A stretch of 64,000 nt of DNA, taken from contig JARDVH010000097.1 in NCBI GenBank assembly GCA_030324005.1, positions 63,478,500 through 63,542,499 of the forward strand, given 5' to 3'. Every line of letters starts with the position of its first letter. Position 1 is the stretch's first letter. This DNA is from Negaprion brevirostris (taxonomy: Eukaryota). The position numbers were made by a program, and so were the translations under genes. The notes under the pieces were generated by a model that saw only the letters and a program-made list of their open reading frames with translations, made no database searches and was not told where the DNA came from. This document shows positions 1 through 12,251 of the stretch, in pieces.

Positions 1-442
1 TGTATAGGATGTATACTAATATATAAAATGGTTTTGCAATAATTACCCCATCTGGTACGTCCCCAAATTGTGATCAATTTGTGCCTCAGATATAGGCAAT
101 ATTTAGCATCTAGTGAAGGTCCACATGAGGATCACCAAGTTAATACGCAGTTTTAGTTCTGATTGGTTTCGAGAACGAGCTCTTTTCACTTGAAAACTTT
201 AGTTTTTTGAGCAAATATAATTGGAGGCTTCAAAATGTTGAAGGAAATGGTTATGAATAAAAATCCTTTGTGGGTTTTCCTGATTAGCTGCAGTAACTTG
301 GATAGAGCTCCTGGAGACCCCAAATCTCTCAAACTGTACATCTGCAAACCCTCCCAGATATTACACAGGCCAAACAATAGAGTGGCTAAGAAAAAAATTT
401 GTTTGTTTGATTGGACAACAGCAACAATTTGTAATTAAATAC

Positions 443-1684
443 TGGGGGGGAGGGAGGTGGCAAGTCCGCTGCGGGCCAGGGACATCAGGGACTGCCTATT
501 CATGGGATTCATGCTGGCCATCATGGCCTCCATGTGTCTCCCAAGGCAGGTTTCTTTGGCATCATCAACTCCACGCCGGAAATCAGCATGGAGCTGTTCA
601 TCAGCATGAAATGAGCATTTGAATACGATTAGCGGGCCTGAGAATGTATTTTCTGGTTCCGTTAGCGTCCTGGTCCCATTTCCACCCCCTCTCACCCCCA
701 CCCACCCCCACCCACCACCCCCATCGGGAGTGGTTCTCTCCAGCAGCGTTAACGACCGCTCCCCACCAATGGGGAACAGGCATTTGATCCACAGCAGGGA
801 ACAGATGCCATTGAGGCCCCCTGAGAGATTGGGGGTAAGTGGGAGTGCCCCTTGGCACTGCCCAAGGGACAAACTGGAACTTCCCAATGAACAGTGCCGA
901 GGGGGGGGTCTGCTGGGAGGCTGGGCCTATTGGAGGTGATCAGTTGAGTGGGGATACCCTCTGCCATCTGCAAAAGGATCGGTGGGGGAGGGCGGGAGTG
1001 AGGATGATTGGGGATGGCCATTTGGGTTGGGGGAATGGTAGGGTTGGGGCTGGTCATTGGTGGGGCAATGGCAGGGAGATCGGGAGAAGGAGAGAGGACA
1101 TAAGGTTCAACGATTGGGGGTTGCAGGGTTGGCCAGTGATTGGGAAGCTGGCAATGGGAGGACCTCTGTGCGCTGATCTGTCAGAGCAGAGATTGGCAAA
1201 TGCACAGTGGCCCGCACAATGCTATGCTGCTAGCCTGTTGAGCGGGTATAGGCCCTAGCCCCTACTTTCCAGAGTGAATTCCGCTGAGGTACACTGCATC
1301 AGTGAGTGTCAGAGATTTGCTCTGGTAAGTACACTAAAAACCGGTGGCTTTTACTCCCATTTTTACTCCCATTGATAAAGAAGGGTAGGAGAAACTATGA
1401 AGCTGGGCTAGCGCTTAATATGAAAAAGGATAGCATGAGTTTTTATAAACANNNNNNNNNNNNNNNNNNNNNNNNNNNNNNNNNNNNNNNNNNNNNNNNN
1501 NNNNNNNNNNNNNNNNNNNNNNNNNNNNNNNNNNNNNNNNNNNNNNNNNNNATCAGCCATGATCTTATTGAATGGCAGGGCAGGCTCGAAGGGCTAGATG
1601 GCCTACTCCTGCTCCTATTTCTTATGTTTTTATGTTCTTTCCTGCACATTGGGAACTTTAAGTTTTTTTGGGAGAATCCCGGCC
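443..1684. mobile_element. GC-rich non-autonomous DNA element (Harbinger-like), interrupted by a CR1 fragment
   Basis: Ends in tttttgggagaatcccggcc; shares terminal and internal motifs (ggcactgcc) with copies at 21210, 25352 and 52671. Confidence 0.55.
1378..1640 (+). mobile_element. CR1 LINE fragment spanning an N-gap
   Basis: 3' tail atcagccatgatcttattgaatggcagggcaggctcgaagggc...tcttatg, also seen at 13673-13715. Confidence 0.7.
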
Positions 1685-1689
1685 AAGAT

Positions 1690-2330
1690 CTTTAACATAG
1701 TACAATGTTCAAAGGTGCTTCACAGGACTATTGTCAAACATAAGTTGACATTTAGCCACCTACGGAGCAGAATTTACAGCCCTGCTGCAACGTCAGCAGG
1801 GCCATAAAATGCGACCAGCTGTTCAAAACTCCATTGACTTTGGTGAGAATGGAAAATCCTGCTGGTGGGAGAGGCCATAAAATTCTGCCCAAGGAGATAT
1901 TAGGATAGATCAATTTGGTCAGTGAGTTAGGCTTTAGGACATATCTTAAAAAAAAGAGAAAGAGATGGAGAGGTTCAAGGAGGGATGGTGCCAAAGTAAC
2001 TGATGGTAATGGCATTGATAATGGGACAGTGAAAACCAGGTATGTGCACAAGACAAGTCTAGGAGGAGTTTGAAGATCTTAGAGGGTTGTAATCCTGGAA
2101 GAAGTTGAGGATGTAGGGAGGTGGAGAGGTATGAAGAGATTTGAAAACAATGAGAATTTTAAAATCGAGGCATTGCTGATCAGGAGCCATTTAAGATCGG
2201 TGAGGACAGTGGTGAAGGGTGAAGGGGACTCAGTGCAAGTTAGGGTAGAGTTTGGATAAATGAGTTTCTGAAGGAGGTAAGGTAGGACAGAGAAGGCAGC
2301 ACTGTGGTTAGTGATAAAGAAAACATTGAT
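1690..2330 (-). mobile_element. L2-like LINE 3' fragment split by a MITE
   Basis: Reverse complement resembles the L2 3' ends at 6250-6420 and 30540-30775. Confidence 0.6.
1765..1890. mobile_element. MITE (~126 bp), Harbinger-like termini
   Basis: TIRs gagcagaattt ... aaaattctgccc; inserted within the L2 fragment. Confidence 0.7.
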
Positions 2331-2915
2331 TCAGGTTTGACTGCAGGAAGTACTTAATTTTTTTCAACTTCTGGTACAAATCAAAATTTGAAGAGAGTGG
2401 AGTGAATATGGATTCATTATAGGAATCAGAAAGGGAGCTTGCTAACTTCCTGCAAGTAGAAGGAAAGCTGGCGAGACTACAAGTGATTACAAATCAGTTA
2501 TTTCAGCATTCTCAGCTTGCTGGATTGTTTCCAGGGGTTGGTGTCATTTTTTCTCCCCAGTGTTTTATTTCCAAAGTCAACCTAAGGATTTTTCTCATTT
2601 TTGCCACTCCCAAGACTTTGTCGACTGGAGTGGATTAGTGCTTACAATACATAGGTGTTAAGACAGAATAAATTGGTTTTCCTTTATCATCTCTTTTGTT
2701 TGTAAGAGCAGAGTTACCAAGCAAAACAATGNNNNNNNNNNNNNNNNNNNNNNNNNNNNNNNNNNNNNNNNNNNNNNNNNNNNNTAAATAAGTATTCAAC
2801 TTTAAATTTCCCCACCATCTTCCCTGAAGCCAATCGAACAAGCTCGGGATAGCCTTAACTACCTTCTGTAGCTCAAGATTCTTCTCTTCTTGCTACGGGG
2901 AGTGTTTATTGCAAT

Positions 2916-3750
2916 TAAGAAATCTCACAACACCAGGTTAAAGGCCAACGGGTTTATTTGGTAACACAAGCCACAAGCTTTCTGAGTGCTGCTTCTTCAT
3001 CAGATGAGTGGGAATCATGTTCACAAACATATAAAGCCACAACTCAATTTACAAAATATTGGTTGGAAAGTGAGTCTTTACAGGTAGTTAAGTCTTAAAT
3101 TTAAAGATAGTATGAGTGGAGAGAGGGTTAAGCACAGGTTAAAGAGATGTTTATTGTCTCCAGCCAGGACAGTTAGTGAGATTTTATAAGTCCAGGCAAG
3201 TTGTGGGGGTTACAGATAGTGTGACATGAACCCAAGATCCCGGTTGTACACGCTACATACTCTTGCAAATCGACCAATGTTGTCTACCCGTTATGCTGCA
3301 GGAAAGAATGTCCTGAGGCATGGTACACTGGGGAAACTATGCAGACGCTACGACAACAGATGAATGAATACTGCTCAATAATCACCAGGCAAGAGTGTTC
3401 TCTTCCTGTTGGGGAATATTTCAGCAGTCAGGGGCATTCAGTCTCTAATCTTCGGAAAAGCATTCTCCAAGGTGGCCTTCACAACACATGGCAACGCAGA
3501 GTCGCTGAGCAGAAACTGATAGCTAANNNNNNNNNNNNNNNNNNNNNNNNNNNNNNNNNNNNNNNNNNNNNNNNNNNNNNNNNNNNNNNNNNNNNNNNNN
3601 NNNNNNNNNNNNNNNNNNNNNNNNNNGCCAATGCAGGATCGCCGAGCAGAAACTGATAGCCAAGTTCCGCACACATGAGGACGGCCTCAACGGGGATCTT
3701 GGGTTCATGTCACACGCTCTGTAGCCCCCATAACTTACGTGGACTGGTGC
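2916..3750 (+). mobile_element. Penelope-like element: inverted 3' terminal segment (2916-3246) followed by decayed GIY-YIG endonuclease region
   Basis: Reads YSCKSTNVVY..C..C..WYTGETMQTLRQQMNE...LPVGEYFS..GHS....EQKLIAKFRTHEDGLN; 3204-3246 is the reverse complement of 3688-3730. Confidence 0.85.
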
Positions 3751-4357
3751 TATAATTGGTGTTATAACTCTTTGTCTCTGCAGTAAAACAGAGTTGACAA
3801 AGACTCTCTTTGCAGCATACGTGAATTGGAGTGGTATAATCTCTAAATTAGTCTTTGGGGATAACACTGACTTTGGGCAATAATGTATAATGGGCGCTAT
3901 TTGATCAGTCACCTGTATACACAACTTCAGAGGAAATGAAAATCCAGGAAGGTGCATAGCAGATGGCTGGTAAAATATTCTATAAGATTGCCCAAGGTCA
4001 AAATGGTCCCTTATTTCACAGACCATTTTGCAATTGAAGGCACTATCCCTGGGTGAATAGATTTTCTTTATCCAGTTCATGAACCCCTATAAAAACAGCT
4101 AAAGGGATTCCCATCCTTCCAGTTTTATTGATGTGCAACGTGCATTGCAGCACAGATTGGCAAGACTTCAGGAAAGTGTGGTTTTACAAACTGAAGGCTT
4201 CAGCAAAAAACACAGAAATGTGGAGAAATATAAAAGTATGTAATATGTTCAGTGCACTAGCAAAGAACTGCTGACTGCACAAATAGAGTTTAATGGCAAC
4301 TGAAGCAACAGACCCTTTGCTTTGAGGAGCATTCCAAAGGATGTCAGCTGTATTATG

Positions 4358-5711
4358 GTCTGATTATGCAAAGCTGTTTAGAAGTAATCACTGAAAGGGA
4401 TTTGAAATTTCTAATATATCTGACACATAATGAGTAATATAAAATAATTAATGATCTATATAAATGGATTTTTTAATGTACAGTGAATTATCAGACTGGT
4501 GACTTTGAATACCCTTAAGAAGTGTGTGATAGTCCAGGAGCAACTGGACAAAAAAGATGACAATTTAAAGTAATGACTCCTATTTACATTTATACGTACC
4601 TTTAACATAGTAAAGTCCATTTTACCTAGGATTGGAAGCAGAACTTTTCCCAAAGTCATGAAATTCAGCATGGGGAATTTCATTTGACTAAATGTACAGA
4701 GGTTTGCCTATGCCCTAATACAACTTCATTAAGCTGTATTAGGACATAGAAATAAAAAAAATTACATCTAAAAGTTGGGCATGTTCCAAGTTGACTGAGT
4801 AAATCATTAGTTTTCTAAGACTGAGGCTTGCCACTGTTACCCTGTAGAGTTAACCCTGAAAAGTCACATTTACAATAATAAAAAAAACACAACCATTTGA
4901 AGTTTTTACAACCCCAATGTAGAATCATTTTGTTCCTCCAATTCTCTCTCACCTATTGAGCGTACGATTTTGTTGTAATTCACAAGGAAGACGGAGGGGA
5001 TAGGTGTGACAAAGCTCGGAGTGGTTGAACCCTCTGAGGCATGATAATACTTAATAAGGTCAAACCATGTGCACTCGTAACATGAAGGAGTTAATATGGG
5101 GAGTTTGTTGGGGAAAGTACATGATTGGAAGTTGGTGACTGATTCTGTAAAGGCAAGGAAACGCTTTTCAGTTCAGCAGCAACAATGAAATGGTTGCCTT
5201 CCTTGCTCTCTATGCAGTTTTGACACTTTGAAGTGTGAAATCGGAAAAGCAACATTCAAAATCAAGAAGTGTGCAACAACTAATAACTGCTGAGTACATT
5301 TAGTATTAATAACTATAAAAAGGTAACACTGGATCACCCTAATTTAACTTGCATGCTGAGCATAAAGCAGAGGGATGAATATAAATTGGACTAATTAAAT
5401 ATTCTAAAATAATTCTCTGTCAGCATTTAAGGACCAAAATACTGATGAGATTGTCTGATTATGCAAAGCTGTTCAGAAGTAATCACTGAAAGGGATTTGA
5501 AATTTCTAATATATCTGACACATAATGAGTAATATAAAATAATTAATGATCTATATAAATGGATTTTTTAATGTACAGTGAATTGTCAAACTGGTGACTT
5601 TGAATGCCCTTAAGAAGTGTGTGATAGTCCAGGAGCAACTGGACAAAAAAGATGACAATTTAAAGTAATAACTCCAACTTTCATTTATAAGTACCTTTAC
5701 CATAATAAAGT
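4358..5711 (+). repeat. Local direct duplication of ~259 bp (4358-4616 and 5453-5711)
   Basis: Near-identical AT-rich blocks beginning gtctgattatgcaaagctg, offset 1095 bp. Confidence 0.95.
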
Positions 5712-5777
5712 TTGCAAGGTATTTTAAAGAGGAGACGTGAACACAAGTAATAATAAAGGTTTCTAAAATAATTGAAA

Positions 5778-6420
5778 TGATATCCAGCACTGGATGAGCA
5801 GAAACTTTCTTCAATTAAATATTGAAAAGACCAAAATCCCTGCAACAGACTCGCTGCAGCTCAATTCCATTCTGAACAACAGTCTCACAGTGAACCAGAC
5901 TATTCGCAAACTTGGTGTCATATTTAACCTGAAGGTAAGCTTCCAGCTACTTATCCAAGTCAACATTAAAACCACCAATTTCCACTTCCGTAACATTTGC
6001 CAACTCCACCCTGTGTCAGCTCATTGATTGCTAAAATACGCATTTGTAACCTCTAGACGAGGCTCTTACAATGCACTCCAGACTGCTTTCAATTTCTACC
6101 CTCCCCGGAGCTGGGATAGTGTAAAATTCTGCTGCCACGTCCTAAAGTATCAAATCCTGTTCTCCATCACCCCTGAACCCAGTTCAGCAACACCTCGATT
6201 TTGAAATTTCAATCGCTTGGACTCCCTTCCCTCTAGCTCCCTGACCCTCTCCTCTTTTAAGTTGCTCCTTAAAACCCACCTCTTTGACCAGGCTTTTGGT
6301 CGTCTCCCCGAATATCACTTTATGTGGCTGGGTGTTAAACTTAGCTTTACAACAGTCTGGTGATATGCCTTGGGATGTTTTACAATGTTAAAGGTGCTGT
6401 ATAAGCACAAAGCTGTTACA
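5778..6420 (+). mobile_element. L2 LINE 3' fragment (RT C-terminus and tail)
   Basis: IQHWMSRNFLQLNIEKTK...RKLGVIF motif of L2/CR1-group RT, followed by an L2-type tail. Confidence 0.8.
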
Positions 6421-6431
6421 TTTTTAAAAAT

Positions 6432-6625
6432 GACCGAGATTCTCCAGCCTCCCAGCTGCATGTTCCCTGCCAGCGGGAGCTGGAGCATTGTTTGCTAGCA
6501 GTGGGATTCTCTGGTTCTGTCACTGTTAATGGGAATTCCCATTGATGTCAGCCCAAGCCAGTGTGAAACCTGCAGGCGGGGGTGCGCTGCCGGCGGACAG
6601 GAGAATCCTGCCAAGAATTCCGGCC
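6432..6625. mobile_element. MITE, Harbinger-like termini
   Basis: gaccgagattctcc ... ggagaatcctgcc, with a second right end aagaattccggcc. Confidence 0.65.
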
Positions 6626-7248
6626 ATTATGTTTTGAGGATGTTTATGAAGGTAAGGAGAGAAATAATAAAGGGAAGTGATTTAAAGCAAAAAGCTCTGT
6701 CTGATGGTGGAGCAGAAAGAAGTGCGGATCAATAGGAAGCTAGGCTTGGAAGACTAACTGAGAAGCGTGGAGGACTTTTTGACTGAAAACAGAGTTTTTG
6801 GAACAGGCAATGATCTAGAAAGTGACTAATTGAGACCAATTCATACAAAGACAAGTCTCTGAAAAATTTATTATAACTGCATTAAGTATGGTACTTATGG
6901 TTTCTAAAATAATGAATATGAATAAATAATTATCAATCAACTGTAAAGGATTAGTATTGAAAAGGTTTTCATGTGTATCACAGAATTGTGTCAACTACCA
7001 TGTACAACTGCAATGCTGTTCAGTTGCAAATAGTTTGAGAAAGTACATTATCTTGTTCCTTGTATCATCAAAATGTATATTAGGTTTTAAAATATAAATC
7101 TGGTAGAAATCGGTACAAAATGAATTACACTGTAAAATCTATTAATCCTATGTTGTAACTGACCTGTATTTCAAAGCAACAATAATGTTGTTCTTGGACA
7201 TGTTTTAGATTTAAAATCAAATTAATTTTCTTTTTAAAAAAGAAATAC

Positions 7249-8270
7249 TGTAACAACCAGTGAGGTAGGGTGAAAGGACTCCCACTTTTTCCCACTCCTT
7301 GGTTGTAATGGGTTCCTTTAATTTATAAGGATGAATGTGCCAATTCTTACCTGGTTATCTTGAGTTTACAACAAGTAAAGGAGTTAGTTTTTATTGTACT
7401 TAAAACCCACCCATGTAAAAGTATTAAAATATTAATTTAAACATGCCCATGGCATGTGGCAATGCATGCATGTGCAAACACACATACACAACTTCATTTC
7501 TTGAAGTTGTAGAATGCAGTTTTTCCTCTTGGAAACAGAATTTGAAGTTTTTCTGGGATTTCTTTGTCTGCTGCCCACAGTTGGATAAGTAAAGTGTAAG
7601 AACCAGCTCAGTTGAAAGAGTGGGGAAAGCAGTGTTTTTTGCTGCTTTCAGATGTTCTTTCTCCAGACTGCTCCAAAGTAAGCAGGGCTTGGAAACAAAA
7701 TACTTTTCAAAATGGTGGTTCTGATCACATGATCTCTTCATAATGAATGAGTATTTTACAAAAGGTAACTGATTAGATCATGTCTGGACAGACCTTGGCT
7801 ATTCTGTTGTGGCCTGAGTATATTTCTTTAATTTTTAGTCCAGACCATCACTTCTGAACGGCCCATTCTTCCATGTGATAAGCGGAGAACATATCAACAC
7901 TTCCAAGGTGAACATTGTATATGTAGACTCACCATCTCCAGCTTGATGGGAATGAAATGTAGTTAAGAAAGTGATGGAAATGGTGGTGGCCATTTAAAAT
8001 GTAAGTCCCTCTTTGAAGTAATCTTTGTAATTAGTAGGTGTGAAATTCCAGAATAGAGTTGCTTGGGCATGTCCAATTCATAACTCACATTGGAAACTTC
8101 CAGAAACCTGACCAATTTGCAGTTGCAGATGTGTGTGGTAACCTGACAGCCATTTTATGTTGGTGCCTTTGGTTTAACAGTTGAAACTGTTTTTTTAAAC
8201 ATGTTCCATATGTGAATAGAGCAGTTGAAATTGAAATTTAATATTTGACTTCAAAATACCTCCATAATAT
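7249..8270. mobile_element. Possible decayed solo LTR
   Basis: Starts tgtaaca and ends near ccataata (TG...CA-like termini); otherwise degenerate. Confidence 0.3.
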
Positions 8271-9574
8271 TGCCAGGGATTAAACGTTGGAGTTCATAAG
8301 CTTGTTGGGAGGTCTCTCAAATCTCCTGTAAGGCTTTCTCCAAGTTTGGTAAGCCATGTGAACTCTATGTAACATGAACTTCGGCAGATTATTCTATTGT
8401 AGAATTGAAAGGAATAGAACGGCCCGTGGAACATTTTGATCGTAATAGAGTTGTCAGAATTAATATTCAATTGCAGCTAAAACTAAACTACTCTGGGATA
8501 GACCCTCTACGTACAAGGTTCTGAACCTGTGGCTGAAATCCAAATACAGTGTTTTGAGAGCCCCCTTGCATTTTAATATCTTGAATCCTTTACAATTAAT
8601 TGAATTGAATTTGTTGGAGCTTGCTAATCTTATCTGCAACAGCTGTGGTAGACCTGGGTAGACAGTCAGACATAGCTGGGGTGAGGAGTCATGCTAGCAA
8701 CGCTTTGAGCTTTATCAGTGTTCTCCAGCCTGTTAAAGATGAGGCAGATTGTAGTGATAATCTATAATGATATGAACTGCTGACTGAAACCTTTAGACGG
8801 AGGCTTGTGTGCTTTAGACACCAGCACCAGACCAAAACAAAATGATTTTAAAATCTGATAATGCTGACGGTATTTGGGTGCAAAAATTAACCTGGCACAA
8901 ATATATACAGTAATCACAGCATTACCAACATAAGGATGTAGATGTGTATGAATCAATCATGCCTATGCCTGGCAGTTTTAGTTTCATAGCAGTATGCACT
9001 GCTTTTAACCTTGACTGGGATTTTCCAACCTCGCTGACAGCAATGTCCACTCATGCCGGTGCTGCTCTTTGGCTGGGATTGGCGAAGACCAATGTCAGGC
9101 GGGAAATACCATGTTGAAGCCAATGGTGGCTTTCTCCGCCATATAGTGCATCACTTAAAAACTTGTAGTCACGTGTTCCATGATGTATCACTGGCAAGCA
9201 AGCTCTGATTCACCCACCCTGCCTGCAATCTAGGCAACCAAGGATCAGGCCACCATTTTTAAAAGCTATCCAAGTGCAGAGCAAGCAAACCTCTGGCTCT
9301 CCCCAAGCAGCACCCCTTGGCACTGCCTGGGCACTATTCTACAGATCTCTTATGCACAGTTACGTAATCTGGTACTAATTCAGTATTGCTTATTCTTCTG
9401 ATGTTAACCCTTTACTCTACACCTGCCATCTGATCACCTAATGATATCCTCCAGTGCAGCAGATCAGCTAAGAACAGGTTACGTGTAGAAATTTGATGAT
9501 AAAATGTTATCAGCTGCTAGAAGCTGTTATTATGAAGCCATGTTAAAGCTCAAGTGAAGTTGGGTAAGGCTTCA

Positions 9575-9840
9575 ATATCATAAAATCCATACGGTGTGGA
9601 AGGATGCCATTCAGCCATCGAGTCTGCACTGACTCTCTGATAGAGTATCTTACCCAGGCCCTCTCCCCTTCCCTATCCCCAAAACCCCACACATTTACCG
9701 TGGCTAATCCATCTAACTTACACATCTTTGGACTGTGGGAGGAAACCAGAGCACCCAGAGGAAACCTACAGAGATACAGGGAGAATGTGTAAACTCTACA
9801 TAGTCACACAGGGCCAGATTTGAACCAGGGTTCCTGGCGC
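9575..9840 (-). mobile_element. HE1-like tRNA-derived SINE
   Basis: Reverse complement of the SINE body at 15938-16258; a second partial copy lies at 9928-10043. Confidence 0.8.
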
Positions 9841-11639
9841 TTTTTTTAATTTTTGTGCTGCTTTCTGAGCTGGATTGCACATTTTTATTCTGTTTCATTG
9901 AATCCCATTGGCACTGAAACTGGTGGACCCAGATGACACGCAAACATGGGAAGGATGTGCAAACACCACACAAATATCACCCAAGGCTGGAATTGAACCT
10001 GGGCCTGTGAGGCAACAGTGCTAACCACTTGTGCCACTATGTAGTGCAGAGAAAGCAGTGCAAAGTTCATTGGCAGAACGGTAACCCACCAATGGTTAGG
10101 TGTGTTACTGAATTTCCCCCTTTGCCCCAGGGCTCTATTCGCCTGTTTGACAAGAATGAAGGAGATCTGCTTTGTGAAACCATTCACTGTTGTTAGTATA
10201 TTTGCACAAACTCTGGAATATTCTTGGAATAATTGGTTCCAAGATCAGAAACACCTACTCCAGTGGTACATACAAAAATATTTTCAACACTGCCTAAAAA
10301 AAAGAGTAAAATTCAAGAATGGTGGGGACATCATAACTACCTATTATACATTTTGTCAATGTTTTCTTTTTACAGAAGCAAAATGGAATTGGAGATTTGG
10401 TATAGTGTATTATAAGGCTGTATCTGCTACATCCCATTTTGTGCTTTGAGAGAAGTTGAATTTTGTCTTGAATATTTTTCATTCACTGCAAGCGGGAATG
10501 TCAGTGCTCGAGAATGGAATTCTTCCTGCCTTGGGCAGTCTTATTAACATCAGTCTCTTCCTGGTCATGTATACTGTGAAATAAATGCCAATTAAAGCTC
10601 CCTGGCTTTGCTCTTTATGTTCATGGTCTGAAGATTACCACACTATAGCAGTGTAAATTTTCTATTTCCTTCACCTTTATGATTTTCACGGAAAATTCTT
10701 TGCCAAATCAACCAGCGTGCAAGTACCCAACGCATAACTGTCTGTAAAGGACTTTTGAAAATTCTGAAATCACAAAAGTTGTGATGCAAATGCACATCTT
10801 CTTTCTTTCACATTTCAGGCAGGATTTTATTGCAAGCAGAAAATAAATTTAATGCACTTAATTCAAGCTTCAGGGGTGAAGAGAGACAATCTGCTGTGAT
10901 TCACATGGAAGGGCAATGCAATGTTTACTCTTTTAAAACAAAACGTAAATAACAGGGATCTGATTTTTTGAGTAACATTTTTCTCAATACTTAACACTTA
11001 TTTCTTTCACTTCCTTCATATTTCTTCCTTATCCATTCTCACAAAGGCAATACACCTTGCTGGCATGTGGTTCTTAGGGTGCTGGCAACTCTGCAGAATG
11101 TTGTCCATGGGACAATTCTTCATATTTGGGGCCAGTCAGTGGGTATGAACAGGCTACCACACATAACATTCGAGTAGAGTAGAATCCTGTCACTTCCCAC
11201 AGCTGAAGTGAAATATATGTACAGGTGGTTAAAGGACAAAACAGGACACGAAAATTACATCGTTCTGCCTTGCCCAGCCAAGATGAGCATTACTTGGTTA
11301 TCGCTATTTGATTTTGGAGGAGATGGTAGCAAAAGTTCTTCCCACACCTGCTGCACCTAAAGGATTGGTTAATACCGTTTACTCATTTCATACTGAAAGT
11401 TTTGTACCAATAGGTAAATAGCACTGCACATTGCAAGGAGGAAAACCTCACATTTTGTGTTAGAAAAAAACCTTGGTGTAAGATTAACACATTTGCATTG
11501 TTTTAGAAATATCACATTCAGATAGAAACCTGGGATATGGTGCCAAAGCCCAAATTGTTGTAGAAGCAAAAACAATTGGTTATTCCAATTTTAATATTAT
11601 GGCGCAGTGTCAACATGAGTCTGGCACGAATTTGAGGTG

Positions 11640-11730
11640 ACTGGAGATGCCGGCGTTGGACTGGGGTAAACACAGTAAGAAGTCTCACAACACCAGGTTA
11701 AAGTCCAACAGATTTATTTGGTAACAAACT
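11640..11730 (-). mobile_element. PLE terminal fragment
   Basis: gtaagaagtctcacaacaccaggttaaagtccaacagatttatttgg matches 2916-2965, 43088-43120 and the reverse complement of 17115-17150. Confidence 0.7.
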
Positions 11731-11734
11731 AGGT

Positions 11735-12065
11735 GCTCCATCTACAGGTCCAGGCAGCAGGCGATCGAGGGAATCGTCCAACCTGACTATCTGCCCCTCT
11801 AACCCGCTACATTGGTGGCCGGGTGCCCCTGGAAAGGGAGCACGCATTGTCCAAGGACACAGTTGACACCTTCCGTGCCCGCCGGGTACTGCAGGGACTG
11901 GGATGTGTTATCGACTTCTTTAATGACATTTTAATTTGATGTTTTGCATTTCCTTTATGCTTTGTCTGTTGTTTCGGGTGGTTCCCCTCCTTTTATGGAG
12001 CTGCCCCTTTTGAGTTGTCCCCAGGTTAGTTTGATTTTGTTTATTTGGTTGGACAACTAAAGATG
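11735..12065 (+). mobile_element. Tx1/L1-clade LINE 3' end (ORF2 C-terminus and 3' UTR)
   Basis: Frameshifted AIYRSRQQAIEGIVQPDYLPL / RVPLEREHALSKDTVDTFRAR...CVIDFFNDILI*, followed by a T-rich UTR. Confidence 0.6.
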
Positions 12066-12075
12066 TCCCTGATTA

Positions 12076-12251
12076 AGGGCCAAATTGCCAGGCCGGTCAG
12101 GAAGCCTCTTGTTTTGTATTTAACCAGGAGTGTCAGTTCCTCTGGGACTCCTGGTGTAGACTGCGGACTGAAAGCTCTCTGTCTGCTGTTGTCAGACATG
12201 TAAATAAAGGGATTTTGGTGAAGGGACTTCTGTCTCTGAGGACTTATTACA
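12076..12251 (+). mobile_element. Partial LTR-like sequence
   Basis: TATA-like tatttaa, AATAAA at ~12203, terminal ttattaca. Confidence 0.4.

Noticed and set aside
435-1258. Cluster of 85-150 aa overlapping ORFs
   Set aside because: By-product of a GC-rich repeat; no domain, and similar ORFs occur in the other copies at 21240-22073 and 52818-53336.
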